In this document: in pieces, positions 23,561 through 37,057 of the stretch
How positions within the stretch are numbered: position 1 is the first letter of the stretch
Layout of the letters: every line of letters starts with the position of its first letter
Origin: Lama glama
Lineage: Eukaryota
Assembly (NCBI GenBank): GCA_028534125.1
Contig: CM052816.1
Coordinates: 51,338,001 to 51,402,000, forward strand
DNA length: 64,000 bases
Reading direction: 5' to 3'
Notes under the pieces: model-generated
Databases searched by the model: none
What the model saw: the letters and a program-made list of their open reading frames with translations, nothing else
What the model was told of the DNA's origin: nothing
Made by a program: the position numbers and the translations under genes

Positions 23561-24076
23561 TTAAAAGGTAGGTTCGTCCAATGGTTGCAGGCAAATGTGA
23601 CACAGGCTTCTGAGGCACAATGACGATAATTTATCGCACTGTGGTTTTGCGGGGTTCGCAGCCAGTCCTGGGCAGATTCCACATGTTGGGCATGGAGGAA
23701 GTTGTGCAGAAGGAAATGTAATTACATCATGGTCAGTGCAGTGTTCTCTTTTGTCAGCGCAAAACATGCTACAGACATATTGTGTGAATAACGTTCTCGT
23801 GGCTAAAAGTCCATGGAATGAAAACACAAAGTTACACGATGTAGGATGACAATTGCTACACCAATTAATTCCACTCTGGTACCTGGGGGCTGTAACTCCA
23901 TATGTGGCTTTGGCTCTGTGTTGCTGTGCTGGATCTTTCAACATCCAACAAGTTATCTTTTAGATAAGAGTCTCCAGGGCAAAGTTGTTGAGCCCTAGTA
24001 CCTGTAAATGATTACTGGGGCATCCAAATCTTGCATTAGAACTTTCAGGAGCCCCACAGGAATCAGAGCACCACAT
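23561..24076 (-). pseudogene. TRIM relic: first coding exon, RING plus B-box1
   Basis: Candidate ATG 24076; LKVLMQDL/CP (24048-24017), TTLP/GDSY (cf. LPCGHSYC), TCW, CSNC..GLL..TL (RING end and linker), CGIC (23683)...SLCLRSLCHICLQPLDEPTF (B-box1). Frameshifts in the RING; 127-codon ORF 23561-23944. Confidence 0.75.
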
Positions 24077-25154
24077 ACAAACTGAACATAATGAGAAACC
24101 TTTTAACAGGGTTCTGGGGAGAACAAAAGAGGCAGATCCCCACAGCCTCAGAAGAGTCACCCACAATGGAAAGAAGGTAGGTTTTGTCAGAGCCTTCACG
24201 TGGTGTGTCTGACTTCCTGGCACACAGATGGACAACCTCAGCTATTGTAGCCTGTCCCCCGTGGCCTTGTTCCCCACCCTTGAAGTTGTCCTCATGGGGG
24301 GGTCCCCAGGCTCCATCTGCAGCTATTCTGCCAACCCCTTCCCTGCAGCGTAGCTTTCAAGGCCCAACCTCAGTCAGGAACGACTTAAGGAAATTGAGCC
24401 TGGAATTCAATGTCTGCTTTAGTTCTGATACTTGCATTTGGAAGACCTGTTCCACACCATTCACTGGACTTATGACTGCCGCCCTGCTGTGTTACTTCTC
24501 CTCATCTTGGTAATTTACCTATTATGGGTCCCTCTAAAACTAGAGCTCACCTTGTTCCTATTTTTCAGCCCCCAGGCTGCTCCTGAACCTCAGGCCAAGG
24601 GCTGAAACTCTGAATCCCTGACAGCTTCTGGATTCTTCCTTCAACATCATACCTCAAGGCTGGTGACATCCTAGCTGAACTACAACCAGCTCAGATACAA
24701 ACTTCCTTTGCTGTTGGGCTGGATTCCCTTCCAGCTCCTGCATCTGGGTCTGTGTCCCCACTGCCCGCCACAGTCTCGCAGGCAGAGGCAGCTCCTGCAC
24801 CTCCCCTGCACCAGCCCGTCCTGCCTCCCACTCAGGTTAACTAGGTCATCTCAGACAATGCCCCCAAGTTATGAAGGCTGACTTCTTCTTGCTGAGCGCT
24901 AACTGAAGCTAGAAAAATAATTCAGATAGCTCTGTATTAAGATGTTCCTTGCTTTGTAACTGCCATGCTTTTCAAGCTTTATTTAGGACGGTTACTATCA
25001 CATAGGCTATTTACTGATCAAATTAAGACTGTTATCACGGAGTCATTGAAAGTCTTAATTTTGAAAAATACTTCACATTTTAGGAAAATAGTCATGATTT
25101 AATGTTTGAGGGACAAGCAGGATACAGAGCTATATAAAGCAGTATGAGCTCATT

Positions 25155-25752
25155 GTGGCAGACATCATGTGGGATTTTGGCTGCTCAGCATCTAAACGCT
25201 TTTCCCAAGTTTGAGGAATTTCCCACCATGTGATTCTTCATGTGCAGTGAAGGCTTCCTACCTTTACAGAGGCAAGGAATTAAAAGCTTTTCTGTCACTG
25301 CTCCCTGACAGCTGGGGCAGGCACGTGGACTTGATCAAGCACCCATCTACCCAGACTTGAATTAGGAACCGGTGACCCACAGAAGCAAGGATAGTGGAAA
25401 CTCCATCCCATCATTGAAGGCAGAACAGTTTCCAAGGCAACAGGCCAGACAGGGATGGCAGAACGAGCACTGGCGTCTGGGCCAGCAGTGCCAGCAGTGC
25501 CGAAAGTATCAGCTTCAGTGAAGGTCTTTAGTGTGGGAGCCTCACTAGAATAATTCCATGGCATTATCTGGCCTCTGGTTCTGGTTTTTCAAACATCCTT
25601 TGTCACCTCTACTCTCACTCTTTTCCAAGACTGGTTCTCCAGGCTTTCTTGTGAATTTCTCAGCTACCAAATATCTTTTCAATGAATTTCTTTCTTCTTA
25701 AAGGAGTAACAGCTCTTTCTGTTGCTTGCAGCTAAGAATTCTGACTAGTATA
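25155..25752 (+). mobile_element. LTR33-type ERVL solo LTR
   Basis: 'tgtggcagacatcatgtggg...ctggttctccagg...agctaccaaatatcttttcaatgaatt...ttctgttgcttgcagctaagaattctgactagtata'. Confidence 0.8.
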
Positions 25753-26780
25753 TCAGTGTTATTTAAAAGAGAAAAGACTAGATGTACAGTATTAATAATA
25801 GTTATCTTTAGGTGTGTGGGATCACAGATCTTTTAAATTTTCTTCTTTTTCATTAGGTGCATTTTCTAAAAATTTTAATAAAATAATATTACTTTAGCAG
25901 GTCAGGTAAGAATAGAGAAGAAAAAAATTTTTTAATTTGAGATTTTTTTGGATCTCTACTGTCCTTAATTCTTGGTAAACAATTACTCAAGTGGAATCTG
26001 TTTTGTTTCTGTCAGAATAAGGTACCTGGTGACTTTAACCTTAGCCTGGGCAAGTCATAGGTGTCAAGACAGGAGGAAATGCCGATATGTTTCATAGAAA
26101 AAAAAACAAACAAACCCTGAGACAAGTTCTTACCTCTCAATCCTGATCTAAACATATTTTTTATTTGTTTTAGAACTTGATAGTCCTTTGGAGGGTGACC
26201 TGAGAAAAATTGGACTACATTTAGGGAACGTCAACACAATCTGAAGCAATAAGAAATTTCTTCTTAGCATTGATGTTTATAAATGTGATCAGCACAGGAA
26301 TGCTGCTCTTATGATTCCTTGTTAGTTTCTCTTAAACAAATATCCCAACAGTTTTGTAAATACAATGAATAATAGTGTAACATACTAGGAAATTGAACCT
26401 ATCAGTAATTCATGCAGTTGGCTGAGTGGTTACTGGCAATGGTGTGAGTAGCGCAGAGGAAAATGTATGAGTGTCCCTCCTTAGAACAAAATCCCAACTA
26501 CCAAGAGAAAACAAAGACCACCATTGATAGGAAGCAGTGATAGTCTTGTTTCTTTCTTTAAGAGCACACAGAGGTTTTCAGGAGCCCAACCTCCCACTAG
26601 GAGACTGCCTGCTTTTGACCATGTCTGAGAGATCAAAGTTACATGGAATAAGAGTCTCCGGCCCCTCTGTCAACACTACTGAGAAAGCAGTCAAGGGAAT
26701 TCTGAATCTGAACCAGTTGTAGCCACCAGGTTGCTGCAACCCTCAGAGTGAGGGGACCCCATTGATCATGCCAACTGAAG

Positions 26781-27010
26781 CAGCAAAGCATAGTGAAATG
26801 GAAGAAGAATGGCATTTAGTTCAACAGACTTGGCGTTAGAGCCCAGGCCAAACATCCATCAGCTGATTGCATGAGTTACTTGACCTCTCTGAGCCTCAGT
26901 TTCACCACAGAATGCAGATAAAAGAAACACCACATGATGTTAAAGGAAATAACACATTTAACCTGTCAGCACAGTTTCTGGCTTATAATGGGTACTCAGT
27001 AAATGGAAGT
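26781..27010 (+). mobile_element. MIR
   Basis: Core 'gagttacttgacctctctgagcctcagtttc'. Confidence 0.8.
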
Positions 27011-28964
27011 TCCTTCCATCCATGACCCCCACCCTACTTATTTTTCTGGGAAATTCTTCATCGTTTAGAAAGACTGGCTGACTTCAAATGCAATTTTTGC
27101 AAAGTTATTTTCTTCAGATCTCTCAAATCTGGTAAAACAGTGGAGTTACCTTCTAATTATTTTTTGGAAAGAGATGCCTTGCATGAATGATGGAACATTA
27201 TTGATAAAGGGAAACATTCTTAATTAGCTGAGTGAATGATCTATGTCAATATTGCATGTGACAAATAGATCATCATTTAACATACAGGAATCAGCATTAA
27301 AATTCAGGAAAAAGGTATTAGTGCCCATGAGGTTGAATAGTGCAACAAAACATGGATTGACATTTGTTTGGCAAGCATGCCCAGCTTCAATAGATAAACA
27401 ACACTTTCTTCTGCTTACTGAATAAGAGAAATACTCCATATTGAGCAAAATACCTTCATAAACTGTTTAGGTGTGGCTAATTAGCTTGGACGTTAAGCTA
27501 TAGCTTCCCATATCCTTTCAAACTGCATTTTTCTTTCTAATGTGTAAATGGGACTTCAGTCCCTGAGAAGGTGACACAAGAATAGAAGTGCAGAAAAGAA
27601 GGAAAATCAAACTGGAGAAGAAGCTCTGTCAAAAAAAAAAAAAAATCAATAATTTTGCTACTGAGAAATTGCTGCCATCCTTAGCCAGGAAGGGGCAGAA
27701 AGGTCAGACCAAGCTAACTTGTGTGATAAATGAGTTTATAAAGTAGCCTGTATCAGGACACTAATTTAATTGGCTACTTTAAGTGTGATAATATACTACA
27801 CTTCCTATAGATTTTTTTCGCCTTTATTAAAATCTTGAAATTAAGCTGAGCATAAAGCACACCATATCCACCTTAATTGGACCAGCAGCACCAGTTGCTG
27901 CCGGGGCATGAAAGCACTCATTATTGTTATTATTACTAAAACCTATCTCAAAATATTTTAAAAATGAGATATTTTTTCTTCATGACAGTTTAGACACTTC
28001 CAAGTCATACAAAGACAAAGGAAATATATTTTTGTGCTATCATACCCCCCACCCCTGCAACCAGGGACATTTAGAGCCTCACTAAGTACTCACTGCTGTT
28101 GCTCCCAAATTACAAATTAAATAAAGATTGAAATTAAGGACATCTGATTGTATAAATTTATAAATACCTAGATATGCATTCTCAAGTTTAGAACTCAATA
28201 TTGTTCATCTCTACTACTTGTATGTTATCAGTATAGTTCTTATTCCATTGGCTGTCACTACATTAAGAGAAAGGTAAGATATTTGGAAGACTATGTCAAC
28301 TTTAAACGTAATTTTACACAAGTTCCCTACCTCTTTTATAAGAATAACTGGTAGGTGGAACAGCAGTGGATTAGCAAAACAGTTAAGTATACTGTAGAAC
28401 AATGTAATCCAGATACCATATGCTTTCTAGAATGTAAAGAGAAGGGATAAAGCCCTTTGCAAAGTTAAATCCTCTTGAAGTTCTCATGAAGAACTGTGTT
28501 GGCATACTCTGTAAATGATTCTGAGTTTAGAACCTGAAAAATCTAACTTCATATATGACGGAAATAGTGAGAAATGAGAGGAAAAGATCCAATGTAGTAT
28601 TAGGTCGTGTTTTCTGGCGATAATTGATAGAGTTGGTAATAGACGTTATACAAAACAACCATCAAAAAAATAAAAAGGTCAACTAAGATTAGGAAACTCT
28701 ATATTAAGCCGAGTGAAACAGGTTTGGTGGTTGTTATTTTTGTTTTTTTTTTTCTCTCTAACTTCAGTAATCCTCCAAGCTTCTAATAAGCTAAGGTAAA
28801 CTGAAATCTTCAAAAGGGTAACAATAGTAGATTTCTTTATGTGCAAGAAAAAGCTGTGTGTCTGTATTAAAACAGGTAGCCTACTGAACACTTCCCTGAA
28901 TTTTCCAAGTTTTCTATAGTGGACATGTATTAAATTTTTCATCAGGGAAAACCAAAAACTTTCT

Positions 28965-29670
28965 CCAACTTTCTTCTTACCAGCTCCCAAGACCACAACC
29001 ATAGTTGAAGCCCCTATCTTCTTTTTCTGGGATAAATGCAATAACCCCAATAAGTGGTCACTGCCACCAGTCTTGCCAACCTTCAGTCCATCTGGGTCTT
29101 TCACAGAGCAGCCAGCTAGAGGACTCTTCCTGAAGCATCAATTGGATTATATATTTCTGCTGCTTAAAACCCTCCAATGGCCTTTCCTTGAACCAGAATA
29201 AAATCCAAACTCCTGCCCCTGGTCCTCAAAGCCCTACTTGACCTAGCACCTGTCCTTCTGTTCCCACAGGCTACCTGCCTTCCTGGCTCCTGTGCTCTGG
29301 TCATGATGGCTTCTCACAGTCTCCACACAAACCAAGCTCATTTCATTCTTGAGACCTTTGCTCTTACCGTGATTTCTGCTAAGAATACACATGTCTGGGA
29401 TCCTCACTTGACTTCCTCATTTTCATCATTCAAGTCTCAGCTCACACCTTCTCAGAGAGCTTTTCCCTAACCACCGATTTAGCTAAAGTGGCCCCCCACC
29501 CATTTAATTCTCTTCATTAACACTTATTGCAGCCTGAAGTGATTATATTTCTTTCCCAGCACGCTTCTCATGTCTTTCCTTACTACAATATGATCTCCTT
29601 GAGAACAAGGACCCTTACTCAGCTACATGTCCACAGTGCTTAGTAGGAAGCATAGCACATAGTAGGCACA
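28965..29670 (+). mobile_element. L2a 3' region
   Basis: 'ctgcttaaaaccctccaatggc...agaataaaatccaaactcct...ctccttgagaacaaggacc...gcacatagtaggcac'. Confidence 0.85.
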
Positions 29671-29699
29671 TCTTTGAGAAGGGGTTAGGACATATATTG

Positions 29700-29860
29700 T
29701 ACATCATATGACACAGTGCTGGATATCTAATCCTCTGTGTAGACTTGTCAGCCGTACGCCATCCTCACTTTACAGAAAGAGAGACCCAGATTGAGAGAGA
29801 TTAAGCACCTTGTCCAACATCTCACAGTGAGCGCATGTATGTGAACCAATAATAACTGGG
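29700..29860 (-). mobile_element. MIR fragment
   Basis: 'catcctcactttacagaaagagagacccag...gattaagcaccttgtccaac'. Confidence 0.6.
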
Positions 29861-30236
29861 GAGAAGACACCAACTTCATAAATTTTACTTCATAATCCCC
29901 CAAAACCTTAGCAGTGTAAACTCCCCAACCCCTAATAACTACCACCACAACAAAGCCTGCAGTGTTATTGTTACTGCAAAATGTATTGATATTTCATTTA
30001 TCGGGCACTTGACTATTCTACATAAGTGAATTTTTCAGAAAATGTAAGCTTACCTGTTACACATCAAAACTTCCTTTATTTACTTCACGTTTGGTAAGAT
30101 GTTTTTAAAAGGTACTGTGCATTTCTCAAGCTTCTTGGAACAGTGTATTTAGCAGATTTTTTTTTCTGAATAACATGGTAATTTTTAGAAACATCAGTTA
30201 CTGTTCTGAACAAAAAGAATTTTCTATTCATCATAA

Positions 30237-30396
30237 CAGGGTTGGCTACATAATGTGTAGGACCCAGTGAAAAATAAAAATGCAGAGCCTCTTGTTCAAG
30301 ACCTGAGAAGAATTTTAAGATGATGACAGCAGAACATTAAGCCAGGCCCTGGGCCGTGTATGACTGCACAGGTCGCACACCGAGAAACTGACACTG
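30237..30396. mobile_element. MER45A (hAT-Tip100)
   Basis: 'cagggttggctacataat...cccagtgaaaaataaaaatgc...gactgcacaggtcgcacac'. Confidence 0.85.
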
Positions 30397-30696
30397 CCTC
30401 ATACCGCATATAATGTCTTAGACATAATAGGAATTCATAAGCATTTATTGAATAATGAATAATATCTTTAAGCCCCAGTGCATAGGGCTCACTTCTCTAA
30501 ATGAATTCAGATGTGACGAAAATAATAATAATAACAAAATTGATTGAGTTATGTGTTAAGCACTGTTTTAAGTGTTTTACACACATTATCCTATCTGATC
30601 CTTAGAAACCCCTCAGAGATTTATTTAGGATTTCATGGCTACATGTAACAAACTCAACCGAAATGGCTTAACCAAACATGGATTCTATTTTCATAT

Positions 30697-30820
30697 ATTT
30701 GATAAGGGTCTAGTATTCAGAATATACAAATATATAAAGAACTTTAGCAATTTTTATCAGAGTTCTCCAGAGAAACAGAATCAATAGGATAGATATGTAT
30801 ATTTTGTGAGCATGTTTGTA

Positions 30821-30853
<33 letters not shown>

Positions 30854-32166
30854 TTATATATTACATATAAATATAGACATGTATAGATACACTTATGTAT
30901 ACATATATTATGTATATTATCATGTATATATTTATACACAAACACATACACACACATATGAAGAGATTTATTTTAAAGAATTGGCTTGCAATATTATAGG
31001 GGTCTGGCCTGCAAGCTGGAAACTCAGGCAGGATTTCTAGAGTTGAGGCAGAATTCTTTCTTCTTCAGGAAACCTCAGATTTTGCTCTTAAGACTAATGG
31101 AAGTGAGGTCCACCAACACTATCAAGGGTAATCTCTTTTACTTAAAGTCAACTATAAGTGGTAGTCACATCTACAAAATACCTTCATATCAACACATAGA
31201 CTAGTATTTGACCAAACAATTGGATATCATAGCCTAACCAAGCTAACACATAAAATTCACCATCACACAACTCAAAAACAACAGACAACCTAATTTTAAA
31301 AGGGACAAATTACTTGACTACACATTTCTCCAAATAAGGTATACAAACAGCCATTAAGAATATGAAAAGATCTCCATGTTGTTAGTCATCAAGGAATGCA
31401 AATCAAAACCACAATAAGATGGTTCACTTTATTTCACTTTACATCTACTAAGATGACCTTAATAATTTTTTAATAGAAAAATAGCAAGTCTTGGAGAGGA
31501 TGTGGATAAACAGAAACTCTCATACATTGCTGGTGGGACTGTGACATGGTGTGAGAACAGCTTGGCAATTTCTCAATAAGTTGTACTTAAAATCACTGTA
31601 TGACCCAGCAATTCTACTTCAAGCGATATACCTAAAAGAACTAAAAACAGGTGTTCAAAGAAAAACCTGTACACAAATGTTCATAGCAGCTCTATTCACA
31701 ATAGCCAATAGGTGGAAACAACTCAAATGCCCATCAACAGACGAAGGCATAAACAAAAGGTGATATATCCATACAATGGAAGATTGTTCAGCTTTAAAAA
31801 ATGATGTACTGATACATGATACAACATAGGTAAACCTTCAAGACATTGTGCTAAGTGAAATAAACCAGACACAAAAAGGTCACATATTATATGATTCCAT
31901 TTATATGAAATATCCAGAATAGGCAAATCCATACAGACAAAAAGTAGATTAGTAGTTGCCTAGAGCTGATAGGATGAGGGTATGAGGAGTGACTGCTAGT
32001 GAGTCTGAGATTTTTTTCAGGGGTGATGAAAGTGCTCTGAAATTACCTAGCAGTGATGGTTGCACAACAATATATACACACTAAAAGCTACTGAATTGTA
32101 CACTTAAAAGATTGAATTTTATAGAGTGAATTATATTTCAGTGAAGCTGTTATTAAAAAAAAAAAA
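30697..32166 (+). mobile_element. L1MB7/8-type 3' end with poly(A), interrupted by MLT2D
   Basis: Decayed ORF2 C-terminus (YDPAILL...MFIAALFTIA..WKQLKCPSTDE), 3' UTR and an A tail at ~32155-32166. Confidence 0.9.
30753..31267 (-). mobile_element. MLT2D-type ERVL LTR with expanded (TA/CA)n
   Basis: 'ttctccagagaaacagaa...ggaaacctcag...cttaaagtcaact...cataaaattcaccatcaca'; probable 5-bp TSD caatt/caact. Confidence 0.85.
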
Positions 32167-33129
32167 GAATCAAGGGCCTAAATGTCATGCATGACACTTT
32201 GACAAGTTTGGAAGTTTAGGGACGTTTTTCTTGCTCAACTTCTGGGTACCACACATAGGCCAGGTGATTGATGTAACTGCATAAAGGGGCTCTGGGTAAA
32301 GGAGCTACTTCAGAATAAAAGCAGAGCATTCAGACAGAAGGGACAAAGGAAGAGGAGAACAATTCCTTCTGTTGGAGTCCTTGTCCCTGCACCTCTGATT
32401 CCTATAATGCCTTCAGAACCGTCTCTTGACCTTCCCAGGTTCTAGAATTCAATTTGAGAAACACTGGTCAAAGCCATTTGGTACAGTCAAGATAATGTGT
32501 ATCAATACCTCACATTTAACCTGGAGGATTCTAACAGGTCATTGGAAAGTATTAGAAAGGGGCTAGAGTTGGCACTCTTGTCAGAGACCTAGCAATGGAG
32601 AAAGACATGCTGAAAAAATTCAATTGTCTAAACATGTTAAACTTATTTGTAGCTAAGGATCTCAGTTCTTTACCTTAAAAATAAAACAATATGCAAAGTG
32701 ATTCACGAGCTTCATAGAGGAACCTGAATGAGTTGAAGCCTACTGATATTGCTAGAGACTTAGAACATATGAGGAAAGAGAAGAGCTTAAAGAATTGACT
32801 TACTTATTCCAAGGAAAACATCAGAAAGGATCATCACTTGTAATGAGCATAAGCTTCTGTGCCAAAACAAAGTGGAGAGACCTGTATCATCAAGAAGAGA
32901 GGTGTTGCCTGGAAACACCTTCTTTAGGAGGCTTACTTCTACTGTCCCAGAAAAAGAGAGTTGCTTCTGATACACAACAGTTTGAAATTATGTAATATAA
33001 CATAGTAAAGTCTTCACACACAAAACGAAAAGAATGCAAATTCTGAAGCTGCTTCTAAATTTATCAAGAATCTCACTTTCAAAGCTGATATACAAGGGAT
33101 TTTTATAAATTGGGTTTTGTTATTGCTAT

Positions 33130-33583
33130 TGTCACTAGCAAAGCCCACAGGGGTCCCCAGAAAAAAATAACATGGAATCCAGGTGATAAGGTCTAAAGTC
33201 TTCTTTTGTGTTTAGTCTAGTTTCACTTGCCTATAGCGGGCCCTGCAGAAGCCTTGCACCTAACATATGGGATTACAGTTCCCAGTGCAGAGATGCTACA
33301 CCTAGCATTGGGATCTGGAGCACTGTTTCACCTGCCCAGACCCACCCACAAGGACTCAGTCCTTTGCTCTGCAGAGGAGAGCCCTACAAAGCAGTCCTGC
33401 CAACAGCAAACAGCCTTTCTCGGAGAGCGCATGTTCTAAAGTGGGAGCTTGCACCTCTTCACTCTTTGATCAAAGAATAAAACTTTCCTTTGCTTCTGAA
33501 CCAAACACCGTTTTGTTCTACTGGCATGAACAACACTGGGCAAAAGGACACTAGTTGGGACCAACTTGGGAGGATCAGTAATA
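33130..33583 (+). mobile_element. ERV solo LTR (ERV1-type, MER90-like)
   Basis: Starts tgtcac, ends cagtaata, AATAAA at ~33476, 4-bp TSD ctat on both sides. Confidence 0.7.
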
Positions 33584-36500
33584 CTATCATGATGTCACTT
33601 TTAGCTGATAACTAGGAATACCAGTCCTTTTTCGGTCATGGTTAGACTGGAATTAAAGCTTTGAATTATACAAGATCTTAAGAAGTTTCTCCTTCATAAA
33701 ATGCTACTTTACTCTGTTCCTTGAAGAAGAGACTGATCATGGAAATTCCTCATCCCATGGATCTCAACAGAATAATGGGAAAGGGAGTTCCACAGAGACC
33801 CTTTAATCAAACACAATCAGGACAGGGAGTTAGTTGGTTAGTGGAAGATGTTAGTTAAAGAGATGAATTGAATCATAAAAACATCATAGATATACACATC
33901 AAATTTTTATCTTAAATTAACAGCATTCTTTTGCCAAGCTTTTGATATAAAAGTTTTTTCTTTGAATGTTGGTCGGTTGATTGGAGTTCTACCTCATCTT
34001 TCTTGCATAAACCACACCCATAATATAGCCTGTATGATTTCCAATTATAATTTCTTTAAAAGGAGGCAAAACCTTAAAGACACCTTTTGGGCAAACTGAG
34101 TGCAGAGTCCTTCTAGATTTTTATAATTTTCCACTTTAACCATTTCCCAGCAACTTTTATTGAATCTTTCAAACTATTCCATCAAGCTTTCATAGAAAAA
34201 ACTTTTGTTTTGCATTCGTATTTCATATGTTTATAAAATAATATTTAATTTAATTTATTAATAGCAATGATAAGTTTAGCTGCCATGAAACAGGCTGAGG
34301 AACAAATTACCTGAGTCTGAGTAAGTATAGAATTCAGCTAATAGTAGCAGAGTGCATGGGGGTCCTAGAGAGTGGCTTTCTGACCATAAGTGCTCAGGTG
34401 CTGTGGGTATGGTTCAGTAATTCCCCTGCAATATTGGTCACACTCTCAGCAAAGTGTCTCAGAGCCAACCAGAGCTGCTCTACACCACCAACTCTGATTG
34501 TCCAATGCCTACCTCTTCATTACTGCTGAAAGTTCTTTTGCAAGCCCAGGGCCCTCCTTCCTCAAACAGCTCAGCTACTAATGGTGGCCAGTCCAGATCT
34601 GCCATGCTCAGTGCCTCCTTGGCCCCAAGGGCCTCTGGATATATGACAGCATGTGCCCACAGACTGGTCATCATCATAGTGTTGTTGTGTGACTGTTCAT
34701 GTATATACCCAGAGGTTATTTTATAATCTGTGACTGGTTTGGCAACATAGTTCTGTAGCCTTGAGGAAATTGTTACTGAAATATGAATTTTAGGTCCAGA
34801 TGATGTGACTAGCCCTGAGCAGTTCTTGCCACCACATAAAATAATTTGGTTGGAGTCTTAGCATGACAAGGTAGAGGGGATAAAATGCAATGAAAGCCCG
34901 CTTTTGGCGCTCCCCTCAGCCTAGCTGACTTCACATCCTGGACAGCCGACCCTCGTCACCAGCCTAATGCATTTCCCTTGTTAGAACTAGGGAAAATAGA
35001 TGCACATTTATTGAATCATGACAAACTTGATATCATCTCATCTCTTAGTTGACATCTGTATCATTTGAATATGAAAGGGCAAAGTCAATTTGCAGAGTGT
35101 TATGTGACACAATGTGTGGTCCCAACTATCCTTTAACCCATGCTTGAAGCCACCAGTTCCACAGAAACTAGCTTCCCTTCCCTTCTTTTTCTAATCATCT
35201 TGCTGGTCAGCTAACCTGGATTTTTTTTTTTTTTTTTGGTGGGAGGTGGGCAGATACAGTTTATGAAAAGTTTAATGTGAAAATTAAGGAAAAGGGAATC
35301 CAAGAGGACTGGAAGATTCTTGAGAACCACCAATATTAAGAATGAAATCAAAATTCAGAATGATGTGTGTATATTTACAAAGAGATTAGAAATAAATAGC
35401 AGTTACACATTTCAGAATTTCAGAGGAGGAATAACAGACTTGGAGGATGTACATGAAATAGTTAAACCAATAAATCAAGGGCTGCTTGGTAAGTGGGTCT
35501 TGAAGGCTCCAGGCTACACTTGCCACAGAAAGAGAACAGCTTTTGGGTCACAGGTTAGGGTTGTGCTAATGTCAGGGTTCCAGGTCCTCCTTCCGCATTT
35601 TTCCTTTGCCATTTTGATCAGATCCTTTTCAAATTACAGCATGATTTCATTTACATCGGTTTTGTACTCATAGGCACCTCTCGTGTTACCAGAGAATGGT
35701 CCTCCCAATTGCTTAGATATTTGTGCATCTTAAAGGCAAAGTTTCTTCCTCTGGATCTTTTTGATACTAACAAATGACAAATTCCCTAGCCCCAGTGCTC
35801 CTGGCAATAACCCAGTGAAGGTCCGGCCTTTGTCGCTGTGTGAAATCCCTCCAAGAATATCTCCTCACATGATACTTCTCTCCTAGCCCACCTCCAGCAG
35901 GGCTAGATTACTCCTACCTCATCACCCCACAGACCTCTGTGACGTTTTTGCATGAAGTCATCTCCATTCTCTATGCTGGTTTTACACATCTACACATTCT
36001 CCATTAATTGTATAACCTACATAACAGCTGTCAGCTCCTCCCTCACTAGCTTCCAGGAGTCTGGTCACCTGCACATCTTGTGCCATATTTGGTTTTACTA
36101 GTAGCTTATAGAGAAGGATCACCTCACACAATGACAGCATCTCAACCGAGATGCCCCTTTTACACACCTCTTCCCAAGACCCAAGCAGCTCCTCCTGCTG
36201 GCAGCAGCCAAAGAGCCCCCTCCTCAGACTCTGCCCCTTACCTCCAGGACATTTCCAGCTCCATGTCCTGGTTAGGCAGAGCTTTCTTCTGCAGACCCTA
36301 AGGCTTCCTTTCACCCTGCAGAGAGATCATCAAAGCACCTTCTCAACAAAGGTCTCTTCTTATATAGAAATTAAATTGAAAACTTTCTTCATTCAGTTCC
36401 TCAGATCAGTTCATATCTCTGATTCCCACTGGTTGGCCAATTTCTATTTTGCCCACAGCATCCAACTCTTAACTGGTTCCTTTGCATGATCTTCTGTTGC

Positions 36501-36896
36501 TCCCTCTGCTGCAGCAAATTCTTCTTCTACTTGGGATTTGGGGGCAGCTCTCCATCTCTACTTTTATAGGTCTACCTTAACTTCAACCTGAACTGTCACA
36601 TACTGCGATACATTCTGTGATAAGATTTATCAGCTGTAAGAACTGTCTCTCAAACAAAACAGCAAAGCCACTCTCTAGGGGTGTCTTCTGGGTAACAAAA
36701 GAAAGTAGGGATTTCATTTAGTTTGCAAAATTAGCCTTGCCCCTCCACCATCACCCAGGTTATCTCTAATGCTCTCCTGGGGGTGGTCTGGTACACTTTT
36801 GGATTGCATCCTGGTCATCTTGCTAGATTCTTTAATGACCTCAGAATCAATGCCAAATCCTTGACCACTATTCATCCTCTTAGCAAACCCATGATG

Positions 36897-37050
36897 TGAT
36901 ACTTCTTAACTTTAAGCTGAAGAAAATCCTCTGGAGAGTCTGTTTAAAAAGTAGATTTCCAGGCCCCTTCCCTGTGATTGTGCTTCACTAAACCAGGAAC
37001 CTGCCTCTTCATCTTGTACACTTAAGTGATTCTGAAGCCAGTATTGGAGG
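36897..37050. mobile_element. MER5-like fragment
   Basis: 'tgtttaaaaagtagatttccaggcccc...aagtgattctgaagc'. Confidence 0.55.
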
Positions 37051-37057
37051 AACGTAA

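Noticed and set aside
35514..36900. Alternative parents for the 35-39 kb relic (DISC1, SLK/STK10, FAM13, TAOK, FYVE proteins)
   Set aside because: Only short scattered word matches typical of coiled coils; less consistent register than the CCDC87-type motif.
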